NCBI GenBank assembly: GCA_023267655.1
Contig: JAHFMV010000001.1
Coordinates: 95,954-159,953 of the forward strand
Direction of reading: 5' to 3'
DNA length: 64,000 bases
Source: Candidatus Kaiserbacteria bacterium
GTDB taxonomy: Bacteria > Patescibacteriota > Minisyncoccia > Phycocordibacterales > UBA2100
Shown: one piece after another, positions 36,017-45,567 of the stretch
Layout: the number at the start of each line of letters is the position of its first letter
How positions within the stretch are numbered: the first letter of the stretch is position 1
The notes under the pieces: model-generated
Told to the model about the DNA's origin: nothing
The model's database searches: none
Seen by the model: only the letters and a program-made list of their open reading frames with translations
Translations under genes and position numbers: made by a program

Positions 36017-36462
36017 TCGAAGAAATTTTCAAAAAAGGAGGTTGGCAGCGGACGACGCTCTACACACTCGCGGCGCTGTTTGTCGCACTTCTCATTTTCC
36101 AAACCGGCATGTTCACCGGCGAGCGTCGCGCAGCCTTTACCTACGGCACCGGCGCCGCGTACTACAATGTCTTTGAACATCCCGAACATGGGCCTGCACA
36201 GCGCGGGTTTTTTGGGGATGCACATGGCGCGGCCGGACAGATCATCAGCCTTTCGCTTCCGACATTTGTCGTGAAGAGTCCTGATAATACGGAAAAAGTA
36301 ATTCTCATCGGCGATGCAACGGAAATCCGCCGTTTCCACGATGCGGCAACTTCGACCGACCTTGCCCCCGATGATTTTGTCGTCGTCATAGGAGAGCCGA
36401 ATAGCGACGCGCAAATTGACGCAAAACTCATTCGCATTTTGCCGCCTCCGCCAGAGCGATAA
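36013..36462 (+). CDS. membrane-anchored hypothetical protein
   Basis: 149 aa, N-terminal TM helix, ATGA overlap with the previous gene. Confidence 0.4.
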   Translation: MIEEIFKKGGWQRTTLYTLAALFVALLIFQTGMFTGERRAAFTYGTGAAYYNVFEHPEHGPAQRGFFGDAHGAAGQIISLSLPTFVVKSPDNTEKVILIGDATEIRRFHDAATSTDLAPDDFVVVIGEPNSDAQIDAKLIRILPPPPER

Positions 36463-36463
36463 T

Positions 36464-38284
36464 ATGTTCAATGCCACCGCGTTCTTCGAGTATATGAAAT
36501 CATTCAAATATTTTGTGTTCGCGCACAAGATCATTTCCACGGTGGTGCTCGTCGTGGTTCTCGGCGGCGGATATTGGGTTTACACCGCGCGCACGTCAAC
36601 CTCCGGCGAGACGCGCTACATTCTCGGGACGGTGCAAAAAGGAACGGTCATCGCGTCAATTTCCGCGAGTGGCCAAGTCGCGGCGTCGGATCAGACTGAT
36701 ATAAAAGCGAAAGCAGCGGGCGACATCGTTTCGATTTCCGCGAAAGAAGGCCAGCGTGTCGTACAGGGGCAGGCGATTGCGAGCATTGATAGTACCGACG
36801 CGCGTCGCGCCGTTACCGATGCGAAGCTCGCTGTCGAAGAAGCACAGATCAACCTCGAACACGACACGCTGCAAGCACCAATCGATTTTAAAAAGTTACA
36901 AGAAGATGTGGATCGCGCACAGCGGGACCTCGACAGCAGTTACGACGATGCGTATACCGCTCTCTCCGATGCGTTCATCAAGCTTCCCGACATAATCTCT
37001 GGCACAGATTCTATCTTGCACCACACTGACATAGTGGCGAATACTCAAAACGTGAGCGCGTATCCTGCGCTGTTCATTTCTGCGCCAACTGATCAGACGG
37101 CAATCCAGACACTCGCGACGCGCGCCGAAAATGACTATAACGCTGCTCGCGAGGCGTACACTATAAGCTTAAATGCGTTTAAAGCACTGTCGCGCGTCTC
37201 CGGTCAGCAGACGATTGCGGATACGCTGAAGCAGGCCAATGACATGTCGGCGCTTCTTGCGAAAGCCGCCGTGAGCGAAACCAATCTCATTGACTCGACA
37301 ATCGACACACTGAATCGCCGCAGCTGGAATGTCGCCGCTGCGATTCCTGCGGCACAGACCAACGCGCGCTCGTATGTCTCGAGCGCCAATTCTGTGCTCT
37401 CGAGCCTCACCGCCGCGCAAAAAAATATCCAAAACATGAAAGATGCGCTCATCGACGCGCAGCATGCGCTCCAACTTGGATCGGTCGGCGATTCAACGGG
37501 GGCGAATCCGATTTCGCTTAAATTAACCGACAACACCCTGAAGCAAAAACAGGCGGCGCTCGCCGATGCGGAGCAGGCACTGGCCGATACCGTGATCCGC
37601 GCGCCGTATCCCGGAGTGCTTGCGAAACTGACGGTGAAGCGCGCCGACACGGTCGCAAACGGCGCATCCGTCGGCACGCTCATCTCTGACCAAAAAATTG
37701 CGCAGTTGAGTTTGAACGAAGTCGATGCGGCGAAACTGAAAGTCGGTGACAAAGCGACGCTCACCTTTGACGCAATAGACACTCTCACGCTCACGGGGTC
37801 TGTCGCCGAAATCGATTCTCTTGGCACCGTCGCGCAGGGCGTTGTCTCATACACCGTAAAAATCGGATTTGATTCGGACGATGTGCGTATCAAGCCGGGG
37901 ATGACCGTGAATGCCGCGATCATCATCGACGCGCATCAAGATGTGCTCACCGTGCCTTCGAGCGCAGTGAAATCGCAGGGTGCGAATAAATATGTCCTCG
38001 TATTCAATCCCGCGCTTCCGGAGAGAGATATTTCCGCGGGCGGCGCGCAGGGTGTTACCTCAACGCAAACACCGCAGCAAATTCCGGTCGAAGTCGGTCT
38101 CTCTGATGACACCAATGTTGAGATTCTCTCGGGGCTCACGGAAGGCGAGCAGATCATCACGCGTACGATTACCGCCGCAACGGCCGCGGCGAGTACGGCA
38201 GCAACGCGGACGGGGACAGGCGGCGCTGGCGGCGCACGCGGTGGCGGCTTTGGCGCAGGCGCACCCGTCTTTATCGGTCGCTAG
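36464..38284 (+). CDS. HlyD/MacA-family periplasmic adaptor subunit with Gly/Ala-rich C-terminal tail
   Basis: N-terminal TM helix, long coiled-coil hairpin, beta-barrel motifs (VIRAPYPGVLAKLTVKRADTV, IKPGMTVNAAII); precedes macB-type genes. Confidence 0.75.
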   Translation: MFNATAFFEYMKSFKYFVFAHKIISTVVLVVVLGGGYWVYTARTSTSGETRYILGTVQKGTVIASISASGQVAASDQTDIKAKAAGDIVSISAKEGQRVVQGQAIASIDSTDARRAVTDAKLAVEEAQINLEHDTLQAPIDFKKLQEDVDRAQRDLDSSYDDAYTALSDAFIKLPDIISGTDSILHHTDIVANTQNVSAYPALFISAPTDQTAIQTLATRAENDYNAAREAYTISLNAFKALSRVSGQQTIADTLKQANDMSALLAKAAVSETNLIDSTIDTLNRRSWNVAAAIPAAQTNARSYVSSANSVLSSLTAAQKNIQNMKDALIDAQHALQLGSVGDSTGANPISLKLTDNTLKQKQAALADAEQALADTVIRAPYPGVLAKLTVKRADTVANGASVGTLISDQKIAQLSLNEVDAAKLKVGDKATLTFDAIDTLTLTGSVAEIDSLGTVAQGVVSYTVKIGFDSDDVRIKPGMTVNAAIIIDAHQDVLTVPSSAVKSQGANKYVLVFNPALPERDISAGGAQGVTSTQTPQQIPVEVGLSDDTNVEILSGLTEGEQIITRTITAATAAASTAATRTGTGGAGGARGGGFGAGAPVFIGR

Positions 38285-38290
38285 TACCAC

Positions 38291-39004
38291 ATGATTGAAA
38301 TCAAGGACATTACGAAATCCTATGGCGAGGGAGACGCGGCGTTCCAGGCGCTGAAAGGCGTTACGTTTACGATTGAAGACGGCGAGTTTGTTGCGATCAT
38401 GGGACCATCCGGAAGCGGTAAATCGACGCTCATGCACATCCTCGGCTGCCTTGATACACCGACAAGTGGCACCTATCTCCTCGATGGTAAAGACGTCTCG
38501 ACCTTCGATGACGAACGCCTCGCCGATATTCGCAAGGACAAAATCGGATTTGTATTCCAATCGTTCAACCTTTTGCCGCGTACCAGCGTGCTCCGTAACG
38601 TCATGCTGCCTCTTGTGTACGCCGGCGTCGGCGAAAAAGAGCGTGAAGAGCGCGCGACAAAGGCTTTGCACGCTGCGGGGCTGACCGAATTGCATTTCCA
38701 GCACAAATCAAACCAAATTTCCGGCGGCCAGATCCAGCGCGTCGCGATCGCACGAGCGCTTGTGAACGACCCGACGCTCATCCTCGCGGACGAACCGACG
38801 GGTAATCTCGACACAAAAACGGGCGAGATTGTGCTCGGCACATTCCAGAAATTAAACAAAGAACACGGCCGCACGGTGATCTTGATTACGCACGAGCATG
38901 ACGTTGCCGCGCATGCGGAGCGAATTATTACACTTCGCGACGGATTGATTGTGAGTGATTCAAAAAAGCATGCGAGGAAGCATGCGAGACATGTGCATGA
39001 TTAA
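38291..39004 (+). CDS. ABC transporter ATP-binding protein (MacB/LolD-type)
   Basis: Walker A GPSGSGKST, signature ISGGQIQRVAIARAL, Walker B LILADEPTGNLD. Confidence 0.85.
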   Translation: MIEIKDITKSYGEGDAAFQALKGVTFTIEDGEFVAIMGPSGSGKSTLMHILGCLDTPTSGTYLLDGKDVSTFDDERLADIRKDKIGFVFQSFNLLPRTSVLRNVMLPLVYAGVGEKEREERATKALHAAGLTELHFQHKSNQISGGQIQRVAIARALVNDPTLILADEPTGNLDTKTGEIVLGTFQKLNKEHGRTVILITHEHDVAAHAERIITLRDGLIVSDSKKHARKHARHVHD

Positions 39005-39115
39005 TTTTCAATTATCAATTTCCAGTTTTCATTCAAGGCTCAATGTATTAATTTTCAAACATTGAAACATTGGAAATTCATTGAAAATTGCAAAATTATA
39101 AGTTGAAAATTCTTA
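39003..39115 (+). repeat. AT-rich ~115-bp intergenic repeat, copy 2
   Basis: AATTATCAATTTCCAGTTTTCATTCAA...AATTTTCAAACATTGAAACATTGGAAATTCATTGAAAATTGCAAAATTATAAGTTGAAAATTCTT; aligns with 15030-15150. Confidence 0.65.
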
Positions 39116-39118
39116 CGT

Positions 39119-40345
39119 ATGAAAATGTCCGATACTCTCCACGAGACCTATAGCGCGTTATCTGCAAACAAGGTCAGATCAGGTTTGACGATCCTCGGCA
39201 TTGTGATCGGCATTTCATCGGTGATCGCGATGGTCTCGATCGGCACCGGCGCGTCTGACCGCATTTCATCATCGATTGAGTCACTCGGATCGAACCTGAT
39301 TCAAATCACGCCGGGCGCACAGCGGACGCAAGGATTTGGCGCAAGCGGCGGCCGCGGCGGCGCAAAGACGCTGACGAACGACGATGCGGGCGCGATCGCG
39401 ACGCAAGTCGGGAATGTGCAAGCAGTTGATTCACAAGTCAGTGGCCGTTACCAAATAACCGCAAAAGGGACGAACACGAATACCAGTGTGCAAGGGGTTA
39501 CTTCCGCGTATCCGCAGATTCGCAATCTGGAAATTGCGGAAGGCTCGTTCATTTCTGATTCGCAGAACGATTCCGCGGCGAAAGTCGCCGTCCTTGGCCC
39601 CACGACACGCGACGATCTTTTTGGAATCGATGCGACAGGAGTCGTCGGGCAATCAATTCGCATCAAGGGGCTGGAGTTCAAAGTGATCGGTATTTCGGTC
39701 GCAAAAGGCGGCAGCGGTTTTATGAACCAGGACGACATGATCTATATTCCGGTTAAAAGTGCACAGCGGTATTTTTCGGGCGACCAGTATTTGACGACCA
39801 TCGCGGTGCAGGCGACGTCGCAGGGCGTGATGACGCAAGTGCAACAGGACATTACCGATCTCTTGCTCGCGCGTCACAAAATCAGTGACTCGACGCAAGC
39901 GGATTTTTCCGTCTTGAACCAGAATGACATCCTTGGCGCCGCATCAAGCGTCACGACGACCCTCACGTATCTTCTCGCCGCGATCGGCGGGATTTCGCTC
40001 CTTGTGGGCGGGATCGGCATCATGAACATGATGCTCACGACGGTGACGGAACGCACCAAAGAAATCGGCTTGCGCAAAGCGATCGGCGCAAAGAGAAAAG
40101 ACATCTCGACGCAGTTCCTCGCGGAAGCTATCGCGCTCACCATGATCGGCGGTGTTGTTGGGATTGCACTGGGATGGGCGATATCACTCGCGGTGAATTT
40201 GACCGGGCTGGTGACCACGAGTGTCTCCCCGGTGTCGGTCGTGATCGCCTTCGGCGTCTCCGCTCTCACCGGCATCATCTTCGGTTGGTATCCCGCTCGC
40301 AAGGCGGCCGCCATGAATCCGATTGATGCTCTGCGGTATGAATAA
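39119..40345 (+). CDS. ABC transporter permease (FtsX/MacB family)
   Basis: MacB-type topology: a TM helix, a large periplasmic domain, three further TM helices, and a conserved C-terminal FtsX region. Confidence 0.85.
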   Translation: MKMSDTLHETYSALSANKVRSGLTILGIVIGISSVIAMVSIGTGASDRISSSIESLGSNLIQITPGAQRTQGFGASGGRGGAKTLTNDDAGAIATQVGNVQAVDSQVSGRYQITAKGTNTNTSVQGVTSAYPQIRNLEIAEGSFISDSQNDSAAKVAVLGPTTRDDLFGIDATGVVGQSIRIKGLEFKVIGISVAKGGSGFMNQDDMIYIPVKSAQRYFSGDQYLTTIAVQATSQGVMTQVQQDITDLLLARHKISDSTQADFSVLNQNDILGAASSVTTTLTYLLAAIGGISLLVGGIGIMNMMLTTVTERTKEIGLRKAIGAKRKDISTQFLAEAIALTMIGGVVGIALGWAISLAVNLTGLVTTSVSPVSVVIAFGVSALTGIIFGWYPARKAAAMNPIDALRYE

Positions 40346-40422
40346 ATTTCTCGCAAAAATGGTTAAAGAAAAAGACCCGCTATGTTGCCATAACGGGCCT
40401 AAAGTCAGTGTGGTCTTTCTCG

Positions 40423-40707
40423 CTAGCCACGGGTGTGACGGATGTGCTTCATGTAGCTCGGCTCGTCCTCATTTTCTTTGTCGAGTCGGTCGAGTTCCGT
40501 TTCATGACGCCACGTTGCGATGATCAGCGGTATTGCAGCAATGACGCCGAGAAGGATTGCTAACTCACGTCCTCCCGAGGCTGCTTTCTCTGCGGCCAGA
40601 TAGACCGCTCCGGCTATTGCGGGTATGCCGACAAGTGCGGCGATCGCCCACAACACCCAGACATTTGCGCCGACGTGCCACCACGGCACGTGCTTTTGAG
40701 ATTCCAT
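40423..40707 (-). CDS. small membrane protein (hypothetical)
   Basis: Start trimmed to MESQKHVPWWHV; two TM helices. Confidence 0.35.
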   Translation of the reverse strand: MESQKHVPWWHVGANVWVLWAIAALVGIPAIAGAVYLAAEKAASGGRELAILLGVIAAIPLIIATWRHETELDRLDKENEDEPSYMKHIRHTRG

Positions 40708-40739
40708 AGTTGCTCTCCTTTGCATTAGAAAGTCCCACG

Positions 40740-41230
40740 TCCTGCCGTATAGATTATCCAACCAAGCGAGCCAGCGCAAGTTGCCGACCATAGGTACTGG
40801 GCAACGACACTCATAATCCTTACGCCACCGCGAAAGGATATTTCGCGTGCTCGAATTGCGGATGGAAAATCAATGGCAGAGAAAACAACAACGCCCGTTT
40901 CGGTGCCCCACTTCATTTCGAGTGCGGCAAAGCAGCCTGTGTAGAAGTCGATGAACCGATTTTCTCTACGCACTTGCCTGCGCCACATAAAGTTCAGACT
41001 TGCCCCGATGAGTGATATCAGAGCAGGAGCAATCCAATACCGTCCTTAGATGCCATTTCCGCTCAAATTTATAACCCACCCCAAGAGTGCAGCATTTGCT
41101 GCCATATAGACAATGGTTCTTTGCAACCGCGACGTTGATGCCTGCGCTCTCGATTGGCAAACTCCGATATACATTGCACTGGATGGCACGAGGATAGGTT
41201 TCTTTTCAGGTTCGTCTGCCATGTCGGGAC
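40740..41230 (-). pseudogene. possible frameshifted membrane-protein gene
   Basis: Hand translation of the minus strand gives MADEPEKKPILVPSSAMYIGV...NLSGNGI*; it then continues protein-like in another frame (GIAPALISLIGASLNF...MSVVAQYLW); the three partial ORFs in the track lie in different frames. Confidence 0.3.
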
Positions 41231-41314
41231 TCCTTGTTTCCCATCTCTACTTGCGGCATACTGACACATAAATGACATTGAGGCAAATCGCACCAGAAGT
41301 AGTACGATCAACGT

Positions 41315-41764
41315 ATGAAGCAGTATATGAATCCTAAAATCATCGGGGCGGTTATTGGCATCATCAGTATTGCAGGTGGGGCATTTTACGGCGGGACGGT
41401 CTACGCTAAGGCGCAAAATCTGCAACGAGGTGGCATGGCGGGGCAATTTCAACGCACAGGTGCTGGGGGTGCGCGCGGACCAGGAGGCATGGCGGGCGGA
41501 TTTACGGCAGGAGAAATCCTTTCAAAAGACGCTACATCACTCACGATAAAGATGCAGGACGGTAGTACCAAAATCGTGCTCTTCTCCGGTTCCACAATGA
41601 TCACCAAAAGTGCATCGGGGACGCCGCAAGACCTAACGACAGGTGAGCGCGTGACGGTGATGGGTAGCGCGAATTCCGACGGTTCCTTGACGGCGCAAAA
41701 TATCCTTCTGGGAGGCGGTTTCGGATTCACACGCATGGGTGGGCAAAATCCGATGATGCGCTAA
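41315..41764 (+). CDS. secreted/membrane-anchored Gly-rich protein (DUF5666-like)
   Basis: N-terminal TM helix, Gly-rich linker (GGMAGQFQRTGAGGARGPGGMAGG), beta-rich domain (LTIKMQDGSTKIVLFSGSTMITK...GERVTVMGS). Confidence 0.5.
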   Translation: MKQYMNPKIIGAVIGIISIAGGAFYGGTVYAKAQNLQRGGMAGQFQRTGAGGARGPGGMAGGFTAGEILSKDATSLTIKMQDGSTKIVLFSGSTMITKSASGTPQDLTTGERVTVMGSANSDGSLTAQNILLGGGFGFTRMGGQNPMMR

Positions 41765-41833
41765 GGCATACAAGGTCGAACCTTGTATGTGGCTCAACAG
41801 AGCCTCAAGAAAGGTTAAACCTTTCGGTAAAAG

Positions 41834-42742
41834 TTAATCGAAGATTTTGACCAAGTACGTATTAATCTCGCGCTGATCAAGGTCGTAAAAGTATTTGCCG
41901 TCTGCGTGTAATTTTGTCGCAAGCTCGACACCAACGTACCGCCAGTGCCACGGCTCGTAGGTGAAATACTTGTTGCCTTTGGGATAGGAAAGTATGAAGC
42001 CGTACTCGTGTGCATGCTGCTGCAACCACGTAAAGCCCGAGGATTTGTCGAACGCTGCCAGTGATTCGCCGCCTTGCGGTGTCGTGAAATCGACTGTCGA
42101 GCCGAGTTGGTGTTCGGAATATCCTTGATCGGCAGAAAAAGAATTCGCCGTCCCCGCGCCGTAGGTTATTTTGTAGCTCGTCTTCAGATTCGCCTGCGTG
42201 CCAAACGAGCGATACGCAGAGAGGACGAGGAGCGGCGCGTTGTCTGCGGTTGCATTGTGCAGTAGGCGTTCAAGCTGCGTTTTTATTTGCGCATGAATTT
42301 CGAGCGTCACATTTTTGTTCAGCGTGTATTGTGAATCAATGTTCGTAAGCGATGCGGGAACGAAATTTTCGCTCAAAAAATACACATTCGAATATTTCTG
42401 CAGCAATTCACGGTCGGTCTTTGATAATTTATCGAGCATTGCGACCGTTGAGACGAGTGATTCCACCTTTTGGCCGTATTCGTTGTTTCGATCGACTTCG
42501 TCGTGCAGTCGTTCATGGAGCGTGGTATTTTCTGTTTCCGCATCCGCGAGTTTCGTGCTCATATCAGTGATCGTACTTTCGAACTGCATCGTCGACGACG
42601 CGAAATCCTGTTTAGCTTTCGCAAAATCCGCTCGCACCGCATAGTCGCTATATCCACCCGCTCCCACCGCAAGCACCACAACAGCAACCCCGCCCGCGAC
42701 ATAAACTAAAGGAACTTCCATCTCAAGAATCTTTTTCACCAT
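41834..42742 (-). CDS. peptidase M15 family D-alanyl-D-alanine carboxypeptidase (VanY-like) with N-terminal TM helix and coiled coil
   Basis: Zinc-binding motifs typical of M15B (SAYRSF, GYSEHQLGSTVDF, PWHWRY). Confidence 0.75.
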   Translation of the reverse strand: MVKKILEMEVPLVYVAGGVAVVVLAVGAGGYSDYAVRADFAKAKQDFASSTMQFESTITDMSTKLADAETENTTLHERLHDEVDRNNEYGQKVESLVSTVAMLDKLSKTDRELLQKYSNVYFLSENFVPASLTNIDSQYTLNKNVTLEIHAQIKTQLERLLHNATADNAPLLVLSAYRSFGTQANLKTSYKITYGAGTANSFSADQGYSEHQLGSTVDFTTPQGGESLAAFDKSSGFTWLQQHAHEYGFILSYPKGNKYFTYEPWHWRYVGVELATKLHADGKYFYDLDQREINTYLVKIFD

Positions 42743-42804
42743 GGGATTTTAGCACCATCGGCAATCCTTGACGCACAAGAAATAAAGACGTACAAATATG
42801 AAAG

Positions 42805-43275
42805 ATGTGCCATCGGTACGTCGTTTGGGCCGAAGTGAGCCCTCCAAACCAAGGAGAAATCACGGTGTATAAGAGCATCACGAAGCGTTTTTCGAGATCT
42901 GTCCGCGAAATGATCGACGAAACCGGCTATGCGTCAGCGTCGCTGGCCGAGGCGATGGACTTTGTCAGCAGGCTTGAGATGGTCATCATCGGTGGTTGTC
43001 GAGCAGGTCAGCATCAGGAGCTAAACGAATTCCTGATTCCCGGTCGTCAGCATTATGCGGCTGTGCGCAACCTTTTTCGGCTGTTGCATCGAGTCACTGT
43101 GGAGTATACGCACGAACGTCTGACGGGTATTCGCGTAACCATCAAGTGGCATATGCAGCGGGGTGTCGAGCAGTCGAATATCGACACGACCCATGGCGAA
43201 TTGAATGTCACGTTTATCCACGCGCGCGTCGTTGCCATCGGCTTCACTGAGAATCTATTTCAGTACCGACCCTAG
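42805..43275 (+). CDS. hypothetical protein
   Basis: ORF only; no recognised domain; true start uncertain. Confidence 0.3.
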   Translation: MCHRYVVWAEVSPPNQGEITVYKSITKRFSRSVREMIDETGYASASLAEAMDFVSRLEMVIIGGCRAGQHQELNEFLIPGRQHYAAVRNLFRLLHRVTVEYTHERLTGIRVTIKWHMQRGVEQSNIDTTHGELNVTFIHARVVAIGFTENLFQYRP

Positions 43276-43382
43276 CGGCGTTTTTTTAGCCGGTCGTTCC
43301 GAACTGGGACGGCCGGCGATTCTTTTTATACCATTGCGACCGTAAGTGGCGGGGAGTTTTCATTTCAGAATTACCTCTAAGC

Positions 43383-43530
43383 GAGACGGCGCCTCGATTT
43401 GAAAATTGGCAAACGACGCCGGAAAAGCTCAGCGAGGTTGTAAGACTTGGCCTAGCGGCCCGGAGCGCAACCGAGAGGAGGTTTTCCGGCGGCGTCAATT
43501 TTCAAATCGTGGACGCCGCGAGCGGGCGAT
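43383..43530 (-). repeat. ~130-nt nested-palindromic repeat element, copy B (inverted relative to copy A)
   Basis: The reverse complement of 43413-43494 is GACGCCGCCGGAAAACCTCCTCTCGGTTGCGCTCCGGGCCGCTAGGCCAAGTCTTACAACCTCGCTGAGCTTTTCCGGCGTC, one mismatch from 9516-9597; the flanks share GTTTGAAAA/TTTTCAAA arms. Confidence 0.6.
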
Positions 43531-43543
43531 TGGAAAGAGAACG

Positions 43544-44599
43544 TCAAATCCGCCGATGCGAATAGTCGACGGCGACTTCATCCAGTACTTTGCGTCGCCG
43601 GAGCGAGTGGTCGGAGGCGGGGACTGCCGTTGAGGGGAGGGAGATGGAGATGGTGGTGCCGCGGCCGACGGCGCTGCGCACGGTGATTTTGCCGCGATGC
43701 AGCTTTACGAGCTCCGACACGATCGCGAGCCCAAGACCCGAGCCGCCATAGGAGCGGTTGCGTGATTGTTCCGCGCGATAGAACGGTTCGAAAATATGGA
43801 ACAGATCTTGCCGCGCGATGCCCGCACCGGAGTCCGACACAATAATTTCCACATGCGACGGCGAACCGTTTCCCGGCGTACTAATCTGTTCGACCGTGAC
43901 CGAGATCCGCCCACCGCGCGGCGTGTAGTTGATCGCATTTTTGACGACATTCATGATGATCTGCTCGAGCCCCGCCGGATTCCCCCATACATAACTCGAA
44001 TCGCCTTTGCGAAAATTCATTGCAAGGTTGCGCGCTCGCGCCAAATTCTCTAATTTTTCCATAACACCCGCAGCGATATCTCCCGCGTTGACCGCAGAAA
44101 ATTCAATGCGCTCTGGCCTGACGCTTGCTGAAAGCGAGAGAAGGTTGTTGATGATCTGTGACGCGCGATCTAATTCTTCGACTGTGCTGTTCATGATTGC
44201 CTGTGTATCTGGCGGGATTTCTTGCGAGAGGAGCGCGACTTCGGTGTTCGTCTTAATAACGGCGAGCGGCGTGCGGAGTTCATGCGCGACATTGCCGATG
44301 AATTGCTTTTGCGACGCAAGCGCGTTGCGTGTGGGCCCGAGCGCGATGCGCGTGAGGAGATAGCCGAATGCGATCGTAGCCGCGGCGGTGATAAACGAAA
44401 TCGCGGAGAGATTTTGCGTGCGGATATCGCTCAGCGCTGGAATCATTTGCGCTATCGGCGCGGTCGAGGATGCCGCGATGGATTCGCGTACGCCGCCGAT
44501 TATCGCGACGGAAATGTCGTGGTACAGGTAATCAATGACGATGCTCACGAGGATTAGGAGGAAAATCGAGAACACACCGAGCATTCCGATAACATTCAC
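43544..44599 (-). CDS. sensor histidine kinase (HisKA plus HATPase_c)
   Basis: H-box AHELRTPL; N/G1/G2 boxes (NAINYT, DSGAGI, GGSGLGLAIV); the ORF-track start at 44728 overlaps the RR by ~100 nt, so start trimmed to GTG 44599 (ATG 44584 is an alternative). Confidence 0.75.
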   Translation of the reverse strand: MNVIGMLGVFSIFLLILVSIVIDYLYHDISVAIIGGVRESIAASSTAPIAQMIPALSDIRTQNLSAISFITAAATIAFGYLLTRIALGPTRNALASQKQFIGNVAHELRTPLAVIKTNTEVALLSQEIPPDTQAIMNSTVEELDRASQIINNLLSLSASVRPERIEFSAVNAGDIAAGVMEKLENLARARNLAMNFRKGDSSYVWGNPAGLEQIIMNVVKNAINYTPRGGRISVTVEQISTPGNGSPSHVEIIVSDSGAGIARQDLFHIFEPFYRAEQSRNRSYGGSGLGLAIVSELVKLHRGKITVRSAVGRGTTISISLPSTAVPASDHSLRRRKVLDEVAVDYSHRRI

Positions 44600-44630
44600 C
44601 TGCGTGCGGAGGAACGGATCGTACTGATAT

Positions 44631-45305
44631 TTATCCGCGAAGGCGGTAGCCGATGCCACGGACCGTTTCCAGAATGTTCGGATCGCCTGCGGTAGCCAAT
44701 TTGCGTCGAAGATTTTTGACATGGACATCTACTACGTTGCTAAAGGACTCGTAATTGAAATCCCAGAGGTGCGAGAGCAGGTCTTCACGGTTAATGACTT
44801 GGTTCGGATGTCGCATGAAGTATTCAAGGAGGCCAAACTCTTTCAGTGTGAGCGGGATTTCTTTGGTCTCGCGCGTGACCGTGCGCAATGCGGGATTCAG
44901 TTCAATGTTTTCGACTTTGAGCACATCCGGCATCGATTCATTCGGGCGGCGCAGAAGTGCGTGCACGCGCGCCGTCAACTCCTCAAACGAGAACGGCTTC
45001 ACGAGATAGTCGTCGGCGCCCGAGAGGAGGAGATCAACTTTTGTGTCGGTTTCGCTCCGCGCGGTGAGGATGAGTATCGGCGTTGTGACGCCCATTTCGC
45101 GCGCCTGTTTACAAATTTCGTGCCCGTCCATGGAGGGAAGCATCAGATCGAGGATAATAAGGTCGTAATCCATACGATGGAGCGACATGCGGGTGAGCGC
45201 CTTTTTTCCATCATTGATGGTATCGACGCTGTAGCCCTTGAGCGTGAGCCCCTTGGCCACGGCATCTGCGAGCTTCTTTTCATCTTCAACAACAAGTATT
45301 TTCAT
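44631..45305 (-). CDS. OmpR-family response regulator (REC plus winged-helix)
   Basis: REC acidic pocket (ILVVEDE, DLIILDLMLP) and the OmpR wHTH C-terminus (VHVKNLRRKL...GYRL). Confidence 0.85.
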   Translation of the reverse strand: MKILVVEDEKKLADAVAKGLTLKGYSVDTINDGKKALTRMSLHRMDYDLIILDLMLPSMDGHEICKQAREMGVTTPILILTARSETDTKVDLLLSGADDYLVKPFSFEELTARVHALLRRPNESMPDVLKVENIELNPALRTVTRETKEIPLTLKEFGLLEYFMRHPNQVINREDLLSHLWDFNYESFSNVVDVHVKNLRRKLATAGDPNILETVRGIGYRLRG

Positions 45306-45567
45306 CCCGTTAGAAATAGGACGCGGACGAGTGTCCGGAGAACCCTATTTTGTTAATTTTCGTAAATAAAATCCTATCGTGTCCCGTTGTGTTCCGAACC
45401 GAGTCCGCTATTTCTAACGGGATTCATAGAGATTTGTTAGCGGCTAATCCAATAATGAACTAGGCTTTGTACATTCTACTCTTCGGCGGATGAACACTTC
45501 ATGAAGACGCCTGTATATAACGACGCATGTCTTGAGAATGGCTTCCCTAAAGGCTTTTTAGACGACG

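Noticed and set aside
41069-41452. 127-aa minus ORF overlapping the start of the 41315-41764 gene
   Set aside because: It overlaps a plus-strand gene with clear signal and Gly-rich domain architecture, and the frameshift-tiled pseudogene region; no independent support.
44599-44728. N-terminal 43 codons of the histidine-kinase ORF as given in the ORF track (start at 44728)
   Set aside because: It would overlap the response-regulator C-terminus by ~100 nt in another frame; an in-frame GTG (44599) or ATG (44584) just after the RR stop is the more plausible start.
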